Source: Poseidonia sp. (lineage in GTDB: Archaea; Thermoplasmatota; Poseidoniia; Poseidoniales; Poseidoniaceae). From it: a DNA stretch of 64,000 nt. Where the stretch lies: the NCBI GenBank assembly GCA_965661285.1, contig CBFIDD010000001.1, positions 128,001 to 192,000 on the forward strand. The letters run 5' to 3'. Shown piece after piece: positions 17,796 to 27,569 of the stretch; within the stretch, counting starts at the first letter, position 1; every line of letters begins with the position of its first letter. The position numbers were made by a program, and so were the translations under genes. A model generated the notes under the pieces. That model was not told the DNA's origin and did not search any database. It was given only the letters and a program-made list of their open reading frames with translations.

Positions 17796-18381
17796 GCCAT
17801 TCCTTCAGAGCGTCGTGATGCTCGACGGGGATCATGTGGCCTTTGCGATGCTCGATGAGTTCAACCGACCATCCCGCCGATTCAAAGGTGTGAGCCACCG
17901 CCCAGCCGTCCTCGAGGGGGACCCTGACGTCTTTTTCTCCGTGCATCCAAAACATTCGCTTGGTCTCCAATTCGGTGAGGCGGAGCCGCAGTTCCATCGG
18001 CCGAACGAGTCGCGTACCCATGCAAACAACACCAACAATTCGGTCAGCGATGGGTAATTGCAACAATTCTTGGGCCATTGCGCCGCCTTGGGAAAAGCCT
18101 CCGACCACCAACGGCCCAAGTGGGGCTTCCTCGGCGATGAGTTTCTCCAACTGCGAAAGACTGGAATCCACGTCCATCAGTTCTCTTCGAGAAAGCATCC
18201 GTCTTCGGGTGACGTCCGCCTCAAAATCTTCGTAGCGCCACCACGTATACCCGCGGTTGGGGTGTCGAAACCGAGCCTCGGGCACCAGAAGCGTCCAACC
18301 ATCGGGCAGCACCTTTTCCGCAAAGGGCCGCATCATGGAGGCATCGCCCGTCATGCCGTGCATCATGATGAGGGTCGGCAC
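17779..18381 (-). CDS. Alpha/beta hydrolase (phospholipase/carboxylesterase family)
   Basis: MHG, GFSQGG nucleophile elbow, HGEKD, KGH catalytic triad. Confidence 0.92.
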   Translation of the reverse strand: MPTLIMMHGMTGDASMMRPFAEKVLPDGWTLLVPEARFRHPNRGYTWWRYEDFEADVTRRRMLSRRELMDVDSSLSQLEKLIAEEAPLGPLVVGGFSQGGAMAQELLQLPIADRIVGVVCMGTRLVRPMELRLRLTELETKRMFWMHGEKDVRVPLEDGWAVAHTFESAGWSVELIEHRKGHMIPVEHHDALKEWLTTFS

Positions 18382-18390
18382 GTTGTCACC

Positions 18391-19347
18391 TCAGAGGGTC
18401 CATTCGGTGATGATACCGCCGGCAACCTTCAGATGAAGTTCGGAGGACTGACCACGCAGCGTGATGGTCAGTGAATAATCCCCTGTCAGCGAGGGAATGG
18501 TGCCGATGGCTCCTTTTTCTGAGGCTCCTGAACCCCAAGCTCGGGTGAGTGGCGAGGCCCCCTGGTGGTCTTTCATGCTCAGGGTGCCTGAACCGCCTTG
18601 GGCGATATCGACATCCAAGTACCAGACGAGGACATCCCAATCCTCTCCATCGGGATGACCGCTATCAAGGAATGAATCGTAAATGTCGTTTTCGTTTTCT
18701 TGATAGACGCTGTCGAGCAGATCCCTGGCCTGGTAGAAGTAGACATCGCCCTCGTAGCCCGTTCGTGTTTGGGTGAGTTCCATTCGCAACTGTTCGACGC
18801 CCTCGGCGTCCGTCCAGACGAGCGAATCGAGGAAGCCGTTGCGGCCGCTGAATGAATAGGTCAGGCGATGACCGTCGGACGAATCCGCTACCACGTCGAC
18901 AACGCCGTTGTAGATGGAGGCCGTGGTGGCACTCCACTGCTGCCCGACGAGGGTAAATTGCCACGCATCACCTTCGTTCCAAGGGAAGTTGAACACCGGT
19001 TGGGGCTCGCCTTGTTCGTAAACGGACAGCCCATCCATGGTGATTCGGCCGAGGAACGGGTTGTGGTTGATGACGGCGTGGCGTTGCGCCTCCCGCTCGC
19101 TGGAGATGCCCAGGCGATAGAGGCCGGATTCGTTGTCCACTTCAGCGACGACCAAACGAGCGCTATCCTCACCAAACTGAGGCGTGATGAAGGTGTAGAG
19201 CCACTGGTCGCCGATGTTCCACGAAGGGAGCCTCAGTTCGTCCTCGGTGGTGTCGCCACGGTTGTCCGAGGAAACCGTAGGTCCCTCCAAGCATCCGGCG
19301 AGACTCAGTGAAAACATGAGCCACACCATCAACCCCATGCTTCGCAT
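18391..19347 (-). CDS. Hypothetical lipoprotein
   Basis: Lipobox SLAGC; PSWNIGDQWLY beta-rich domain; 318 aa. Confidence 0.8.
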   Translation of the reverse strand: MRSMGLMVWLMFSLSLAGCLEGPTVSSDNRGDTTEDELRLPSWNIGDQWLYTFITPQFGEDSARLVVAEVDNESGLYRLGISSEREAQRHAVINHNPFLGRITMDGLSVYEQGEPQPVFNFPWNEGDAWQFTLVGQQWSATTASIYNGVVDVVADSSDGHRLTYSFSGRNGFLDSLVWTDAEGVEQLRMELTQTRTGYEGDVYFYQARDLLDSVYQENENDIYDSFLDSGHPDGEDWDVLVWYLDVDIAQGGSGTLSMKDHQGASPLTRAWGSGASEKGAIGTIPSLTGDYSLTITLRGQSSELHLKVAGGIITEWTL

Positions 19348-19430
19348 GGTTGATGCTCACACCCTCTCTTTGAAAGGCTAACGCACAGCGGAGGCACAAA
19401 GAACCGTTGAGAGGGCAACGTGGATGTTGC

Positions 19431-21500
19431 TCAAAGCAGACCGTTCTGTGTCATCACGTCGGCACCGGCGAGGACGACGGCGACAATCGACATGAGTTTG
19501 ATCAGAATGTTCAGCGAAGGACCGGAGGTGTCCTTGAACGGGTCGCCGATGGTGTCGCCAATCACGGCAGCATCGTGCGCCTCGTCACCCTTCTTGGCGC
19601 CGGGAATGTGGTCTTGCTCAATGGCTTTCTTGGCGTTGTCCCAAGCACCACCAGCGTTGGCCATGAAGAGGGCCATGAGCACACCGGTCACGAGGGAACC
19701 TGCGAGCAGACCGCCCAGCGCATCGTAGCCGAGTCCGTACCCGACAATAACAGGGGCGATGACGGCGACCACACCGGGGCCAATCATCTCACGGAGAGCG
19801 GCCTTGGTGGAGATGTCTACACAGGTTTGGGAGTCGGGCTTGACGCCTTCCTTGCCTTCGAGAAGGCCTGGAATTTCCTTAAACTGGCGGCGGATTTCAA
19901 CCACCATGTCGCCAGCAGCTTTGCCCACGGAGGTCATGGTCATGGCCGCCACAACAAAGGGCAGACCGCCACCGACGAGAAGGCCGATGACAACCATGGG
20001 GTTGGTCAAACCGAGGTCGAGCGTATCCCCGTTGGCGCCGATGGCCGAGGTGTAGGCAGCGAAGAGGGCAAGCGCCGTCAGAGCAGCGGAACCGATAGCG
20101 AAGCCCTTCCCGACGGCAGCGGTGGTGTTGCCGATGGAGTCAAGTTCGTCGGTGATGGCACGGACGTCGTCGCCCAGGGCGCTCATCTCTGCGATACCGC
20201 CGGCGTTGTCAGCCACAGGACCGTAGGCGTCGACCGTCATGGTGACGCCGACCGTAGCGAGCATGCCCATAGCGGCCATAGCGATGCAGTAGAGCCCGTA
20301 GGTGTCGCCACCCAGTTGGTTGGCCCCGAGGATGCCCAAGGCGATGAGTACGACGGGAATGAAGGTCGACATCATGCCGACGGACAGGCCGGCGATGGCG
20401 TTGGTGGCAGGGCCGGTCTTGGACATCTCACCGATGTGAGGGATGGCTTTGGTGGGCACGCCCATGACGGGTTCAATGCCCGTGTAGTATTCAGTGACGA
20501 GTCCGATGAGGATACCGACGATGCTGCCGAGCACCACGGAGTGCATGATGCCCATCTCGACATCGATGAGGCCGCTTTGGATGGCACCGTAGCCACCGAG
20601 CCAGAACAGACCGGCACCGATGAACGTGGTGTTTCGAAGGGCGACGGCTGGGTCGTCGCCGTTCTTCAAGACAGCCATCGAGAACACACCGACGATGGAG
20701 GCGATGTAGCCGATGAAGCCGAGGAGAATGGGCATCATCACGTAGTCGACGTTCCAACCGTCCGAGGTGCTGGCGATGATCATGGCAGCGATGATGGAGC
20801 CGACAAAGGATTCGAAGATGTCCGCACCCATACCGGCCACATCGCCGACGTTGTCGCCGACGTTGTCAGCGATGACACCGGGGTTGCGAGGGTCGTCCTC
20901 AGGAATGCCCGCTTCGACTTTGCCGACGAGGTCAGCACCGACGTCAGCGGCCTTGGTGTAGATACCACCGCCGACACGAGCGAACAGCGCAATGGAAGAG
21001 GCACCCATTCCGAAGCCAGCGGCTGCGGAGAGGTCAGCGCCGCTTTCAGCGTCGAGCCATAGAGCGACGAGGGAGATGCCGAGAAGACCGAGACCGCCAA
21101 CGGACAAGCCCATGACGGCGCCACCGTTGTAGGAAACAGCCAGAGCACCGGCTCGCCCTTCGGACTTGGCAGCCATGGCCGTTCGGCCGTTAGCGGAGGT
21201 GGCAGCACGCATACCGGAGAAACCGGCAAGCACAGAAGCCACAGCACCGAGGAAGAAGGCGATGGCCGTGTTGGCGTCGTTAATCACGAACAGCAACCCG
21301 CCAACGGCCACACAGAAGATGGCGAGGACACGGTATTCTGCGAAGAGGAACGCCATGGCACCCTTCTGGATTTCGTCCGTAATCTCAGCGACCACTTCGT
21401 TGTCGATCTTCACTTTGTTCACTTGCTGGTAGAGCATGAACGCAATTGCCAAACCAAGGGCACCTGCGGCTGCCGAAATCAATGCAATGTTTTCCATCAT
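19431..21500 (-). CDS. hppA: Membrane-integral pyrophosphatase, K+-dependent (probably Na+-translocating)
   Basis: [35 protein letters not shown] (Ala = K+-dependent), [14 protein letters not shown]; GGTGA SD before ATG 21500. Confidence 0.96.
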   Translation of the reverse strand: MMENIALISAAAGALGLAIAFMLYQQVNKVKIDNEVVAEITDEIQKGAMAFLFAEYRVLAIFCVAVGGLLFVINDANTAIAFFLGAVASVLAGFSGMRAATSANGRTAMAAKSEGRAGALAVSYNGGAVMGLSVGGLGLLGISLVALWLDAESGADLSAAAGFGMGASSIALFARVGGGIYTKAADVGADLVGKVEAGIPEDDPRNPGVIADNVGDNVGDVAGMGADIFESFVGSIIAAMIIASTSDGWNVDYVMMPILLGFIGYIASIVGVFSMAVLKNGDDPAVALRNTTFIGAGLFWLGGYGAIQSGLIDVEMGIMHSVVLGSIVGILIGLVTEYYTGIEPVMGVPTKAIPHIGEMSKTGPATNAIAGLSVGMMSTFIPVVLIALGILGANQLGGDTYGLYCIAMAAMGMLATVGVTMTVDAYGPVADNAGGIAEMSALGDDVRAITDELDSIGNTTAAVGKGFAIGSAALTALALFAAYTSAIGANGDTLDLGLTNPMVVIGLLVGGGLPFVVAAMTMTSVGKAAGDMVVEIRRQFKEIPGLLEGKEGVKPDSQTCVDISTKAALREMIGPGVVAVIAPVIVGYGLGYDALGGLLAGSLVTGVLMALFMANAGGAWDNAKKAIEQDHIPGAKKGDEAHDAAVIGDTIGDPFKDTSGPSLNILIKLMSIVAVVLAGADVMTQNGLL

Positions 21501-21651
21501 CAATATCACCTGTTGCTTTCGCCAGTTGGGAACCCTTCATAAGCCGTTCCCACTGAAAATGACCCGCCGTCGCGGTTTTGATGGCCCTCCTCTAGCATCG
21601 TGAGGGAGGAACTTCAACGGGGCAATCGTTCAAAGAGGAGGAACCGCTGGT

Positions 21652-22014
21652 ATGGACATGAGCATCACGGCAGAGGAGATCCTCGCTGAGATCGGTCCCG
21701 TCCAAGAGGTGCTCGACGAACACGATGGCGTGGTCAACGTCATCGACACGTCGGATGGCAACATCATGCTCTCCCTCGAAGGAGGCTGCACGGGGTGCTC
21801 CTCTACGCCGATGACGGCCATGCAAATCTACTACTCGTTGAAGAAACTCGACACCGTGAACGATGTCATCTTCGTGAACGGTGAACTCCCCGAATACATG
21901 CGAACCTTCATAGACCAAAAAATGGCAAAGGAAGCCGAATCAAGCGACAACGAGGGTGGCGTCGACGATGGATCAACCGACGGGACCGGCGAGCCCCAAG
22001 GGGAAATTGTTTGA
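21652..22014 (+). CDS. NifU/NfuA-like Fe-S carrier domain protein
   Basis: HDGVV...LEGGCTGCSST (CxxC); acidic tail. Confidence 0.85.
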   Translation: MDMSITAEEILAEIGPVQEVLDEHDGVVNVIDTSDGNIMLSLEGGCTGCSSTPMTAMQIYYSLKKLDTVNDVIFVNGELPEYMRTFIDQKMAKEAESSDNEGGVDDGSTDGTGEPQGEIV

Positions 22015-22344
22015 TCACTCTTCTTCCGAGGTTCGCCCGATGCTGTGAGGGTTGGCCCCAAACGAGACGTTCTCCCCCTTGATGTTCATCCGAGCCGAGA
22101 TGGCCAGGATGACACAGAACAGGGCCAGCGGACGGGGGATGTAGTCCGAGCCCCACAACTCACCACCGAGACTTGGAAGCACCCACAGAACGCCAGCAGC
22201 AGCGATGAGAAGGAAGAAAATGATGTTCTGGACAACGGCCTCTGCCTTGGGTGAGCGAGAAAAGGTCGCAATGAAGGTGAACAGCACTGCCGAGGAAGCG
22301 CACAGCACCTCAGCGAGCAGTTCGACCGCCAGCGCATCCACCAT
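22015..22344 (-). CDS. Hypothetical membrane protein (3 TM)
   Basis: 109 aa, three hydrophobic segments, GGAGGTGG SD-like sequence upstream. Confidence 0.75.
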   Translation of the reverse strand: MVDALAVELLAEVLCASSAVLFTFIATFSRSPKAEAVVQNIIFFLLIAAAGVLWVLPSLGGELWGSDYIPRPLALFCVILAISARMNIKGENVSFGANPHSIGRTSEEE

Positions 22345-22423
22345 GCCACCTCCAACCCCCCCGCATTCTTGAACATGGGGGCCCGAGCGAACCTTTGTGT
22401 AGGGTCGTCAGCCTCTTCCAAAT

Positions 22424-24364
22424 ATGGCAGGCGGTTCCTTTGCTCTTCCCAAACCACGTCCCACCGGACCGCCTTTCTTTTCACGAAACCAAGTCGCCAA
22501 CGTTCTCCACCAAGTCGCCGTCCTGCTCGAATTGCAGGGTGCCAATGTGTTCCGGGTTCGTTCTTACCAAAACGCCAGCCGCATGCTGGGCAGTTTGACC
22601 GAAGACCTCGGTGAACTGGTGGCGAGCGGTGAAATCTACGACATGAAGGGCATCGGCAAGGGGCTTGGAAGCGCCCTCACGCAGGCCATTGCCGAGGGAC
22701 GGTGGCCAGATGATTGGGTCGACCTTCACACCAACACGCCACCGGGACTCATCGAAATGTTGGGCATCCCAGGACTGGGGCCCAAGCGAATCAAATTGAT
22801 GGCCGACGAACTGGGCGTGGACTCGGTGGCGAGCCTGAAGCAGGCTGCGCTTGACAACAAAATCGCCCCCATGAAGGGATTTGGCGCCAAATCTCAGCAA
22901 CGCATGCTGGATGGCATTGAATTGCTTTCTCGTTTCCGAGCTCGACGGCGCTTGGACATCGGCCTTCGCTACGGTGAGGCCTTTCAGCGAAAAATCGCTG
23001 CGTTGGACGGCGTTCATCGCGCAACGCTCGCCGGTAGCGCGCGGCGACGAAAGGACACCATCGGCGATCTCGACGTGGTGGTTGCCGTTGACGAAGACGA
23101 CCACGAAAACGTCGCCAATGCCATTCTGAACCTGTCCGGTATTGCTGACGTGAAAGGCGCCGGCGATTCGAAAATCAGCCTCATCCTCGACACCACCATT
23201 TTCGACGAATCGTTCGCCGTTGGCCACATCGACCCCAACGTGTTGGACGCCATCGGTGGCGACGACTACGAACAGTTGGAAGCGGGTGGAACCATCGATG
23301 CGCAGGTACGCCTCGTGCCCCCACATGTGGAACCGTTCACGCTGGCCTACTTCACCGGCAGCAAGGAACACAACATCGCCATGCGCCAACGAGCCATCGA
23401 CCGAGGGCTTCGTCTCAACGAATTCGGCCTCATCCCAGAAGCAAAGGCGGGCGACCTAAAAGGCATGGACGCCGCTGTTCATTCCCTTGTGGCTGCCGAC
23501 GAGGCCGCCATTTACTCGCACCTCGACCTCGCCTATGTCCCGCCTGAACTGCGGGAAGACATGGGTGAAGTGCAGGCGGCAGAACGCGGTCAACTGCCAG
23601 CGTTGATTGAAACCAGCCACATCAAAGGCTCGCTGCACAACCACACCACCCTTTCAGATGGCGAAGCGAGTTTGGAGGTCATGGCCGACACCGCTCGAAA
23701 AATGGGGTGGAACTGGTTGGGGATTGCCGACCATTCTCCCACGCTCAAAATCGCCAACGGTGCCAGTGCCGAGGACCTGCTTGAACAGGGCAGAACCATC
23801 AAACAATACAATGCAGAATGGGCCGAGCAGGGTGTGGACTTCCGTCTCTTCCACGGTGTTGAATCGGACATTCTTGAGGGCGGAAAACTGGACCATCCCG
23901 ACGAGGTGCTTGCAGAACTGGACTATGTCGTCGCGAGCGTCCACGCCATGACAAAATGGCGAGGACGGGACGAGCACGAGAACACCGAAGAGTTACTTCG
24001 GGTGATCGACCACCCGGCCACCACCGTGTTGGGTCATCCCACCGGACGAATCTTGCAGGGTCGAGAAGGCTACGAGGTGGACTTGTTTGCTGTGCTTGAG
24101 CACATGGCGGAACACAACGAGGAAGGGCGCCTAAAAGCGGTGGAACTCAACGCCAGTCCGTACCGCCTCGATTTGGATTGGCGCTTGTGCAAGCACGCCA
24201 AGGGACTTGGCGTGCCTGTTGCTATCAATCCTGACGCCCACTCGATACGTGGCCTGAGCGACATCGCCTACGGCGTCATGACCGCCCGCAAGGGCTGGAT
24301 TGAACCCAACGACACCCTGAACGCCTTGTCGGGGGCCGAACTGACCCAGCGTTTGGGTCGTTGA
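22424..24364 (+). CDS. polX: DNA polymerase X family protein with C-terminal PHP domain
   Basis: HhH motifs (GIGKG, PGLGPK, GFGAK), GSARRRKDTIGDLD, YFTGSKEHN; PHP motifs LHNHT, ADHS, GVE, SVH, GHP, PDAH. Confidence 0.95.
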   Translation: MAGGSFALPKPRPTGPPFFSRNQVANVLHQVAVLLELQGANVFRVRSYQNASRMLGSLTEDLGELVASGEIYDMKGIGKGLGSALTQAIAEGRWPDDWVDLHTNTPPGLIEMLGIPGLGPKRIKLMADELGVDSVASLKQAALDNKIAPMKGFGAKSQQRMLDGIELLSRFRARRRLDIGLRYGEAFQRKIAALDGVHRATLAGSARRRKDTIGDLDVVVAVDEDDHENVANAILNLSGIADVKGAGDSKISLILDTTIFDESFAVGHIDPNVLDAIGGDDYEQLEAGGTIDAQVRLVPPHVEPFTLAYFTGSKEHNIAMRQRAIDRGLRLNEFGLIPEAKAGDLKGMDAAVHSLVAADEAAIYSHLDLAYVPPELREDMGEVQAAERGQLPALIETSHIKGSLHNHTTLSDGEASLEVMADTARKMGWNWLGIADHSPTLKIANGASAEDLLEQGRTIKQYNAEWAEQGVDFRLFHGVESDILEGGKLDHPDEVLAELDYVVASVHAMTKWRGRDEHENTEELLRVIDHPATTVLGHPTGRILQGREGYEVDLFAVLEHMAEHNEEGRLKAVELNASPYRLDLDWRLCKHAKGLGVPVAINPDAHSIRGLSDIAYGVMTARKGWIEPNDTLNALSGAELTQRLGR

Positions 24365-24407
24365 GGCGAAAGCACACCTTCTTGACTCATTGGGGGATGG
24401 ATGGACC

Positions 24408-24617
24408 ATGCGCACCCTACGAACCATCATCATGGGCAGCATGATGGTCATTCCTGGACTCGTTCTCGGTCTGCTGATATGGTACATCACGGGGCGTCCA
24501 GAAAGTGAACCCCTCGAGACGTTGATTTGCAACGGCATACCGCTGGTCTCCGTTGGCCTTGGACTCTACTTTGGATGGCAGACCGGAGAAGAATACAGTG
24601 CGACCTACGAAGGATGA
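24408..24617 (+). CDS. Small membrane protein (2 TM)
   Basis: MRTLRTIIMG...; two hydrophobic helices; ATGA overlap with nth. Confidence 0.7.
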   Translation: MRTLRTIIMGSMMVIPGLVLGLLIWYITGRPESEPLETLICNGIPLVSVGLGLYFGWQTGEEYSATYEG

Positions 24618-25276
24618 GTGGTGTTGTGAAACGCCAAGACAAGGCCGATATCATTGCCGAACAACTGGAAGCGCTCTACCCTGAAATCCCCGTTCCTCTC
24701 GACCACGCCAATCCGTTTGAGTTGCTGGTCGCCGTCTTGATGAGCGCTCAGACGACCGACCTCAAAGTCAACGAGGTCACACCGGCCCTTTTCGCCAAAG
24801 CCAGTTCGGCTGAAGCCATGGCTCAACTGGAGGTTGAAACCATTCTCGCCGACATCCGCCAGGTTGGCCTTGCCCCGACCAAGGCGAAGAACATCAAGCG
24901 ACTTTCCGAAATGTTGGTTGAACAGCACGCAGGCGAGGTCCCTGCTTCGTTTGAAGCCCTGGAAGCGCTGCCGGGCGTGGGTCATAAAACCGCCTCGGTG
25001 GTGATGGCCCAAGCCTTTGACGTTCCCGCCTTCCCGGTGGACACCCACATCCACCGCTTGGCTGCACGATGGGGGCTCTCAAACGGCACCACGGTTGAGA
25101 AGACCGAAAAAGACCTGAAAGCGGTGTTCCCACGAAAGAAATGGAACGACCTCCATCTCCAAATCATCTTCTTTGGGAGGGAGTATTGCCCTGCGCGCTA
25201 TCACGACCTCACGCAGTGCCCCATCTGTTCGTGGGCGGCAACGAAGAAGCGCATCCGTGAAGAGATGAAACGCTGA
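24614..25276 (+). CDS. nth: Endonuclease III
   Basis: Start MSGVVKRQ; LMSAQTTD, HhH LPGVGHKTA, FPVDTH, C-terminal Cys cluster. Confidence 0.95.
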   Translation: MSGVVKRQDKADIIAEQLEALYPEIPVPLDHANPFELLVAVLMSAQTTDLKVNEVTPALFAKASSAEAMAQLEVETILADIRQVGLAPTKAKNIKRLSEMLVEQHAGEVPASFEALEALPGVGHKTASVVMAQAFDVPAFPVDTHIHRLAARWGLSNGTTVEKTEKDLKAVFPRKKWNDLHLQIIFFGREYCPARYHDLTQCPICSWAATKKRIREEMKR

Positions 25277-25279
25277 GGC

Positions 25280-25711
25280 TCAAAAGAGCGAGAAACTTCG
25301 TCCAACGATGCTGGTCACCAGCACGATGCCGGCCAGAATCATCGTGATCCGAATCGCTACGTGTTGGTCCTGGTCTTCCTGAGCCTCACGGAAAAACGCA
25401 TAGCCCAGCATGGTCAGGGCGCCGACCTGCAACATGGTGGCCAAGGCGCCAAAGAGCGCCACTTGTCCCTCGAAACTGTCAACGTCGTCGAGGTATTGCT
25501 GGGATTCTTTTTCATCGGCGAAATCGTAGTCGGTCACGTTTGGCTCCGAGGACGAGAGGGGAAATTGGGCAAAGGCGGTGGCGAACACCAAGAGGGCCGC
25601 ACCGATCATCAACCACTTTTGGAAGGAATACATCCCCCCTTTGGTCATGCTTGCTGCGGGTGGCTGGTAGGGTGAGGCGGCAGCCGGAGGCGGGGGCAGG
25701 GGGGCTTGCAT
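25280..25711 (-). CDS. Hypothetical membrane protein (3 TM, Pro-rich N-terminus)
   Basis: Start re-called at MQAPLPPPP; TTCATA element 30 nt upstream. Confidence 0.75.
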   Translation of the reverse strand: MQAPLPPPPAAASPYQPPAASMTKGGMYSFQKWLMIGAALLVFATAFAQFPLSSSEPNVTDYDFADEKESQQYLDDVDSFEGQVALFGALATMLQVGALTMLGYAFFREAQEDQDQHVAIRITMILAGIVLVTSIVGRSFSLF

Positions 25712-25754
25712 AGCGGATACTTGGAACAAATGGAGTATGAATCTTCCCACTTCG

Positions 25755-27557
25755 TCAAACGCTGAAGATGCTGCTTGCACCTTCAAGCACAATCGCAGTG
25801 AAGAGCGAAGCAAGGCCGGCCACCCATGTGAGTTGGACCATTTGGCCCACAGCGCTTGTGCGCGTACCGCCTCGCAACCGTGTGGCGATGGATGAAACGG
25901 AGACGACCTGAGCGAGAATCAGCAAGGAAATGATGATCTTGAACATACGAATGTTGTCTTCAACCGACGAAGCATCTTCCATCACGGGCAGCGCAATACC
26001 ACCCGAGAATTCGGAGAGGGCACCCACGTTCGTGTCCACCAATCCCGAGGCCACACCAGCGATGGCTTCACCGAGTTGCAGCACAATGGCCGTCGTCACG
26101 TTGAGTGAAGCGACGCTGGAGATGAGCAGCCCGAGCGCCACACCCCACATGGTGTTGGCTGAAAGCGCACGTCGGTTTCGAAGTGAGAGCAGGTTGCCAA
26201 CGCTTCGCGAGACCATTTCTGCCGTGCCGGCGGGTTGGCCCGAAGATTGAGCGCCTTCGATGTAGATGCGGGTGTACCTCGAAATCACCGCGGAATTGGT
26301 GTCGGCGGTGAAATAGTCCCACGCACGGTCGGAATCAATGCGGGTGGAGAGCCGTTTTTCCAAGCGATCAATGGAATTGTCCAGCATACCAAAATCAATG
26401 CCGCGAAGGGCTTTGATGGTTGCCGAGGGTTCGGCAGACCGCGCTTGGGCTGTCCCGCCCAAGGCCCGGATGAAATCGGGATAGGTTTCGTCTCGACGCT
26501 GAATCTGATTCTCTTCACGACGCACCATGAATGCGGGAATGAGAAGAGGTGAGAACGGCAGGACGATGAAAATGAGACCGTATTTATCCCACTGTGTGGT
26601 GATGACCTCCCATGTCCAAATCAGCGTGAACGTGGAAAGGACCAGCAACCCTGCTGCGATGGCACCCGACAACAGCAGTGACCGCCTGAAGTTGATGCGA
26701 AACGGCGTATCCATTTCGTCACGAGCAAAGGTGGCGTCTTTTGGAATCGTTGCACGGAACGCAAACACGGCGACGATTTGGATGAACAAGAAGACCAAGG
26801 AGGCCAACAGCAGGAAACGCAGGCGACTCGCGATTTCAATTGGCGTATCGTCGACGCCACCGACTTCAAACAGCACCAGGTGAATGCCTGCGATGACCAA
26901 GCCAAACAAACCCGCCGTGTTGAGCGAGACGTAGATTTCCTTGAGGGTGTCAACGGACTCAAGGCGCGTGTCGTACAGCGTGTTGTACTGCTCTGCGATG
27001 GTTTCTTGCTCGGAGCGCATGAATTCATCGATGGGTTGACCGGCTTCGATGGAAAACGCCATTCTGTCGAGAAAATCCGACCACAGCGGACTTGGACTTT
27101 GGTGAGCAACAATTCGTGCAGCCTCGGGAAGCGAGGTGTGCCATTTGTCGACCAGCGTTTCAATTCGCTGAACTTCCGATGCCAGTTCCCCGTAGTCTCG
27201 CATCTGTTTGAGAATGTCAAAAATGGATTGTGCCCCCACTTCTCCGATGGACAAAATGCCCATGCGCGTGATGAACATGTGCATTTCTTCCTCGATCAGC
27301 GTCGCCGAACGTTGGACGTCCAACAGCGGGAAGGCCACGGCCGACAGGGCGGCCATGGCGGTGAGAAGAATGACGAACAAGAAGCCCGTCACGCCAGCGA
27401 AGAGCGCTCCCTCTGCAAGTCCGCCGGTCAAAAAGACGATGACGATGGCGAGCAGAAAGGTGACGCCGACAATCGGGGCGACATACAGGCTTAGAAACCG
27501 AGGAACCGGCATCTCAAGACGACGAAGGGCAATTTGCCAGATCGGCATGCGCTCCAT
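25755..27557 (-). CDS. arlJ: Archaellum assembly platform membrane protein ArlJ (FlaJ)
   Basis: 600 aa polytopic T2SS-F/TadC-like protein (YGELASE...DKWHTSLPEA...SPSPLWSDFLDR); directly follows arlI. Confidence 0.9.
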   Translation of the reverse strand: MERMPIWQIALRRLEMPVPRFLSLYVAPIVGVTFLLAIVIVFLTGGLAEGALFAGVTGFLFVILLTAMAALSAVAFPLLDVQRSATLIEEEMHMFITRMGILSIGEVGAQSIFDILKQMRDYGELASEVQRIETLVDKWHTSLPEAARIVAHQSPSPLWSDFLDRMAFSIEAGQPIDEFMRSEQETIAEQYNTLYDTRLESVDTLKEIYVSLNTAGLFGLVIAGIHLVLFEVGGVDDTPIEIASRLRFLLLASLVFLFIQIVAVFAFRATIPKDATFARDEMDTPFRINFRRSLLLSGAIAAGLLVLSTFTLIWTWEVITTQWDKYGLIFIVLPFSPLLIPAFMVRREENQIQRRDETYPDFIRALGGTAQARSAEPSATIKALRGIDFGMLDNSIDRLEKRLSTRIDSDRAWDYFTADTNSAVISRYTRIYIEGAQSSGQPAGTAEMVSRSVGNLLSLRNRRALSANTMWGVALGLLISSVASLNVTTAIVLQLGEAIAGVASGLVDTNVGALSEFSGGIALPVMEDASSVEDNIRMFKIIISLLILAQVVSVSSIATRLRGGTRTSAVGQMVQLTWVAGLASLFTAIVLEGASSIFSV

Positions 27558-27569
27558 GTCTCATCATCC

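Noticed and set aside
15105-19400. Possible genomic island integrated at tRNA-Glu
   Set aside because: No integrase and no duplicated tRNA 3' end seen; flanking genes look like ordinary host genes.
19407-21062. 551-aa antisense ORF opposite hppA (similar cases opposite arlI, nadE, polX and others)
   Set aside because: Antisense open frames are expected from GC-rich codon bias; no recognisable domains, promoter or SD.
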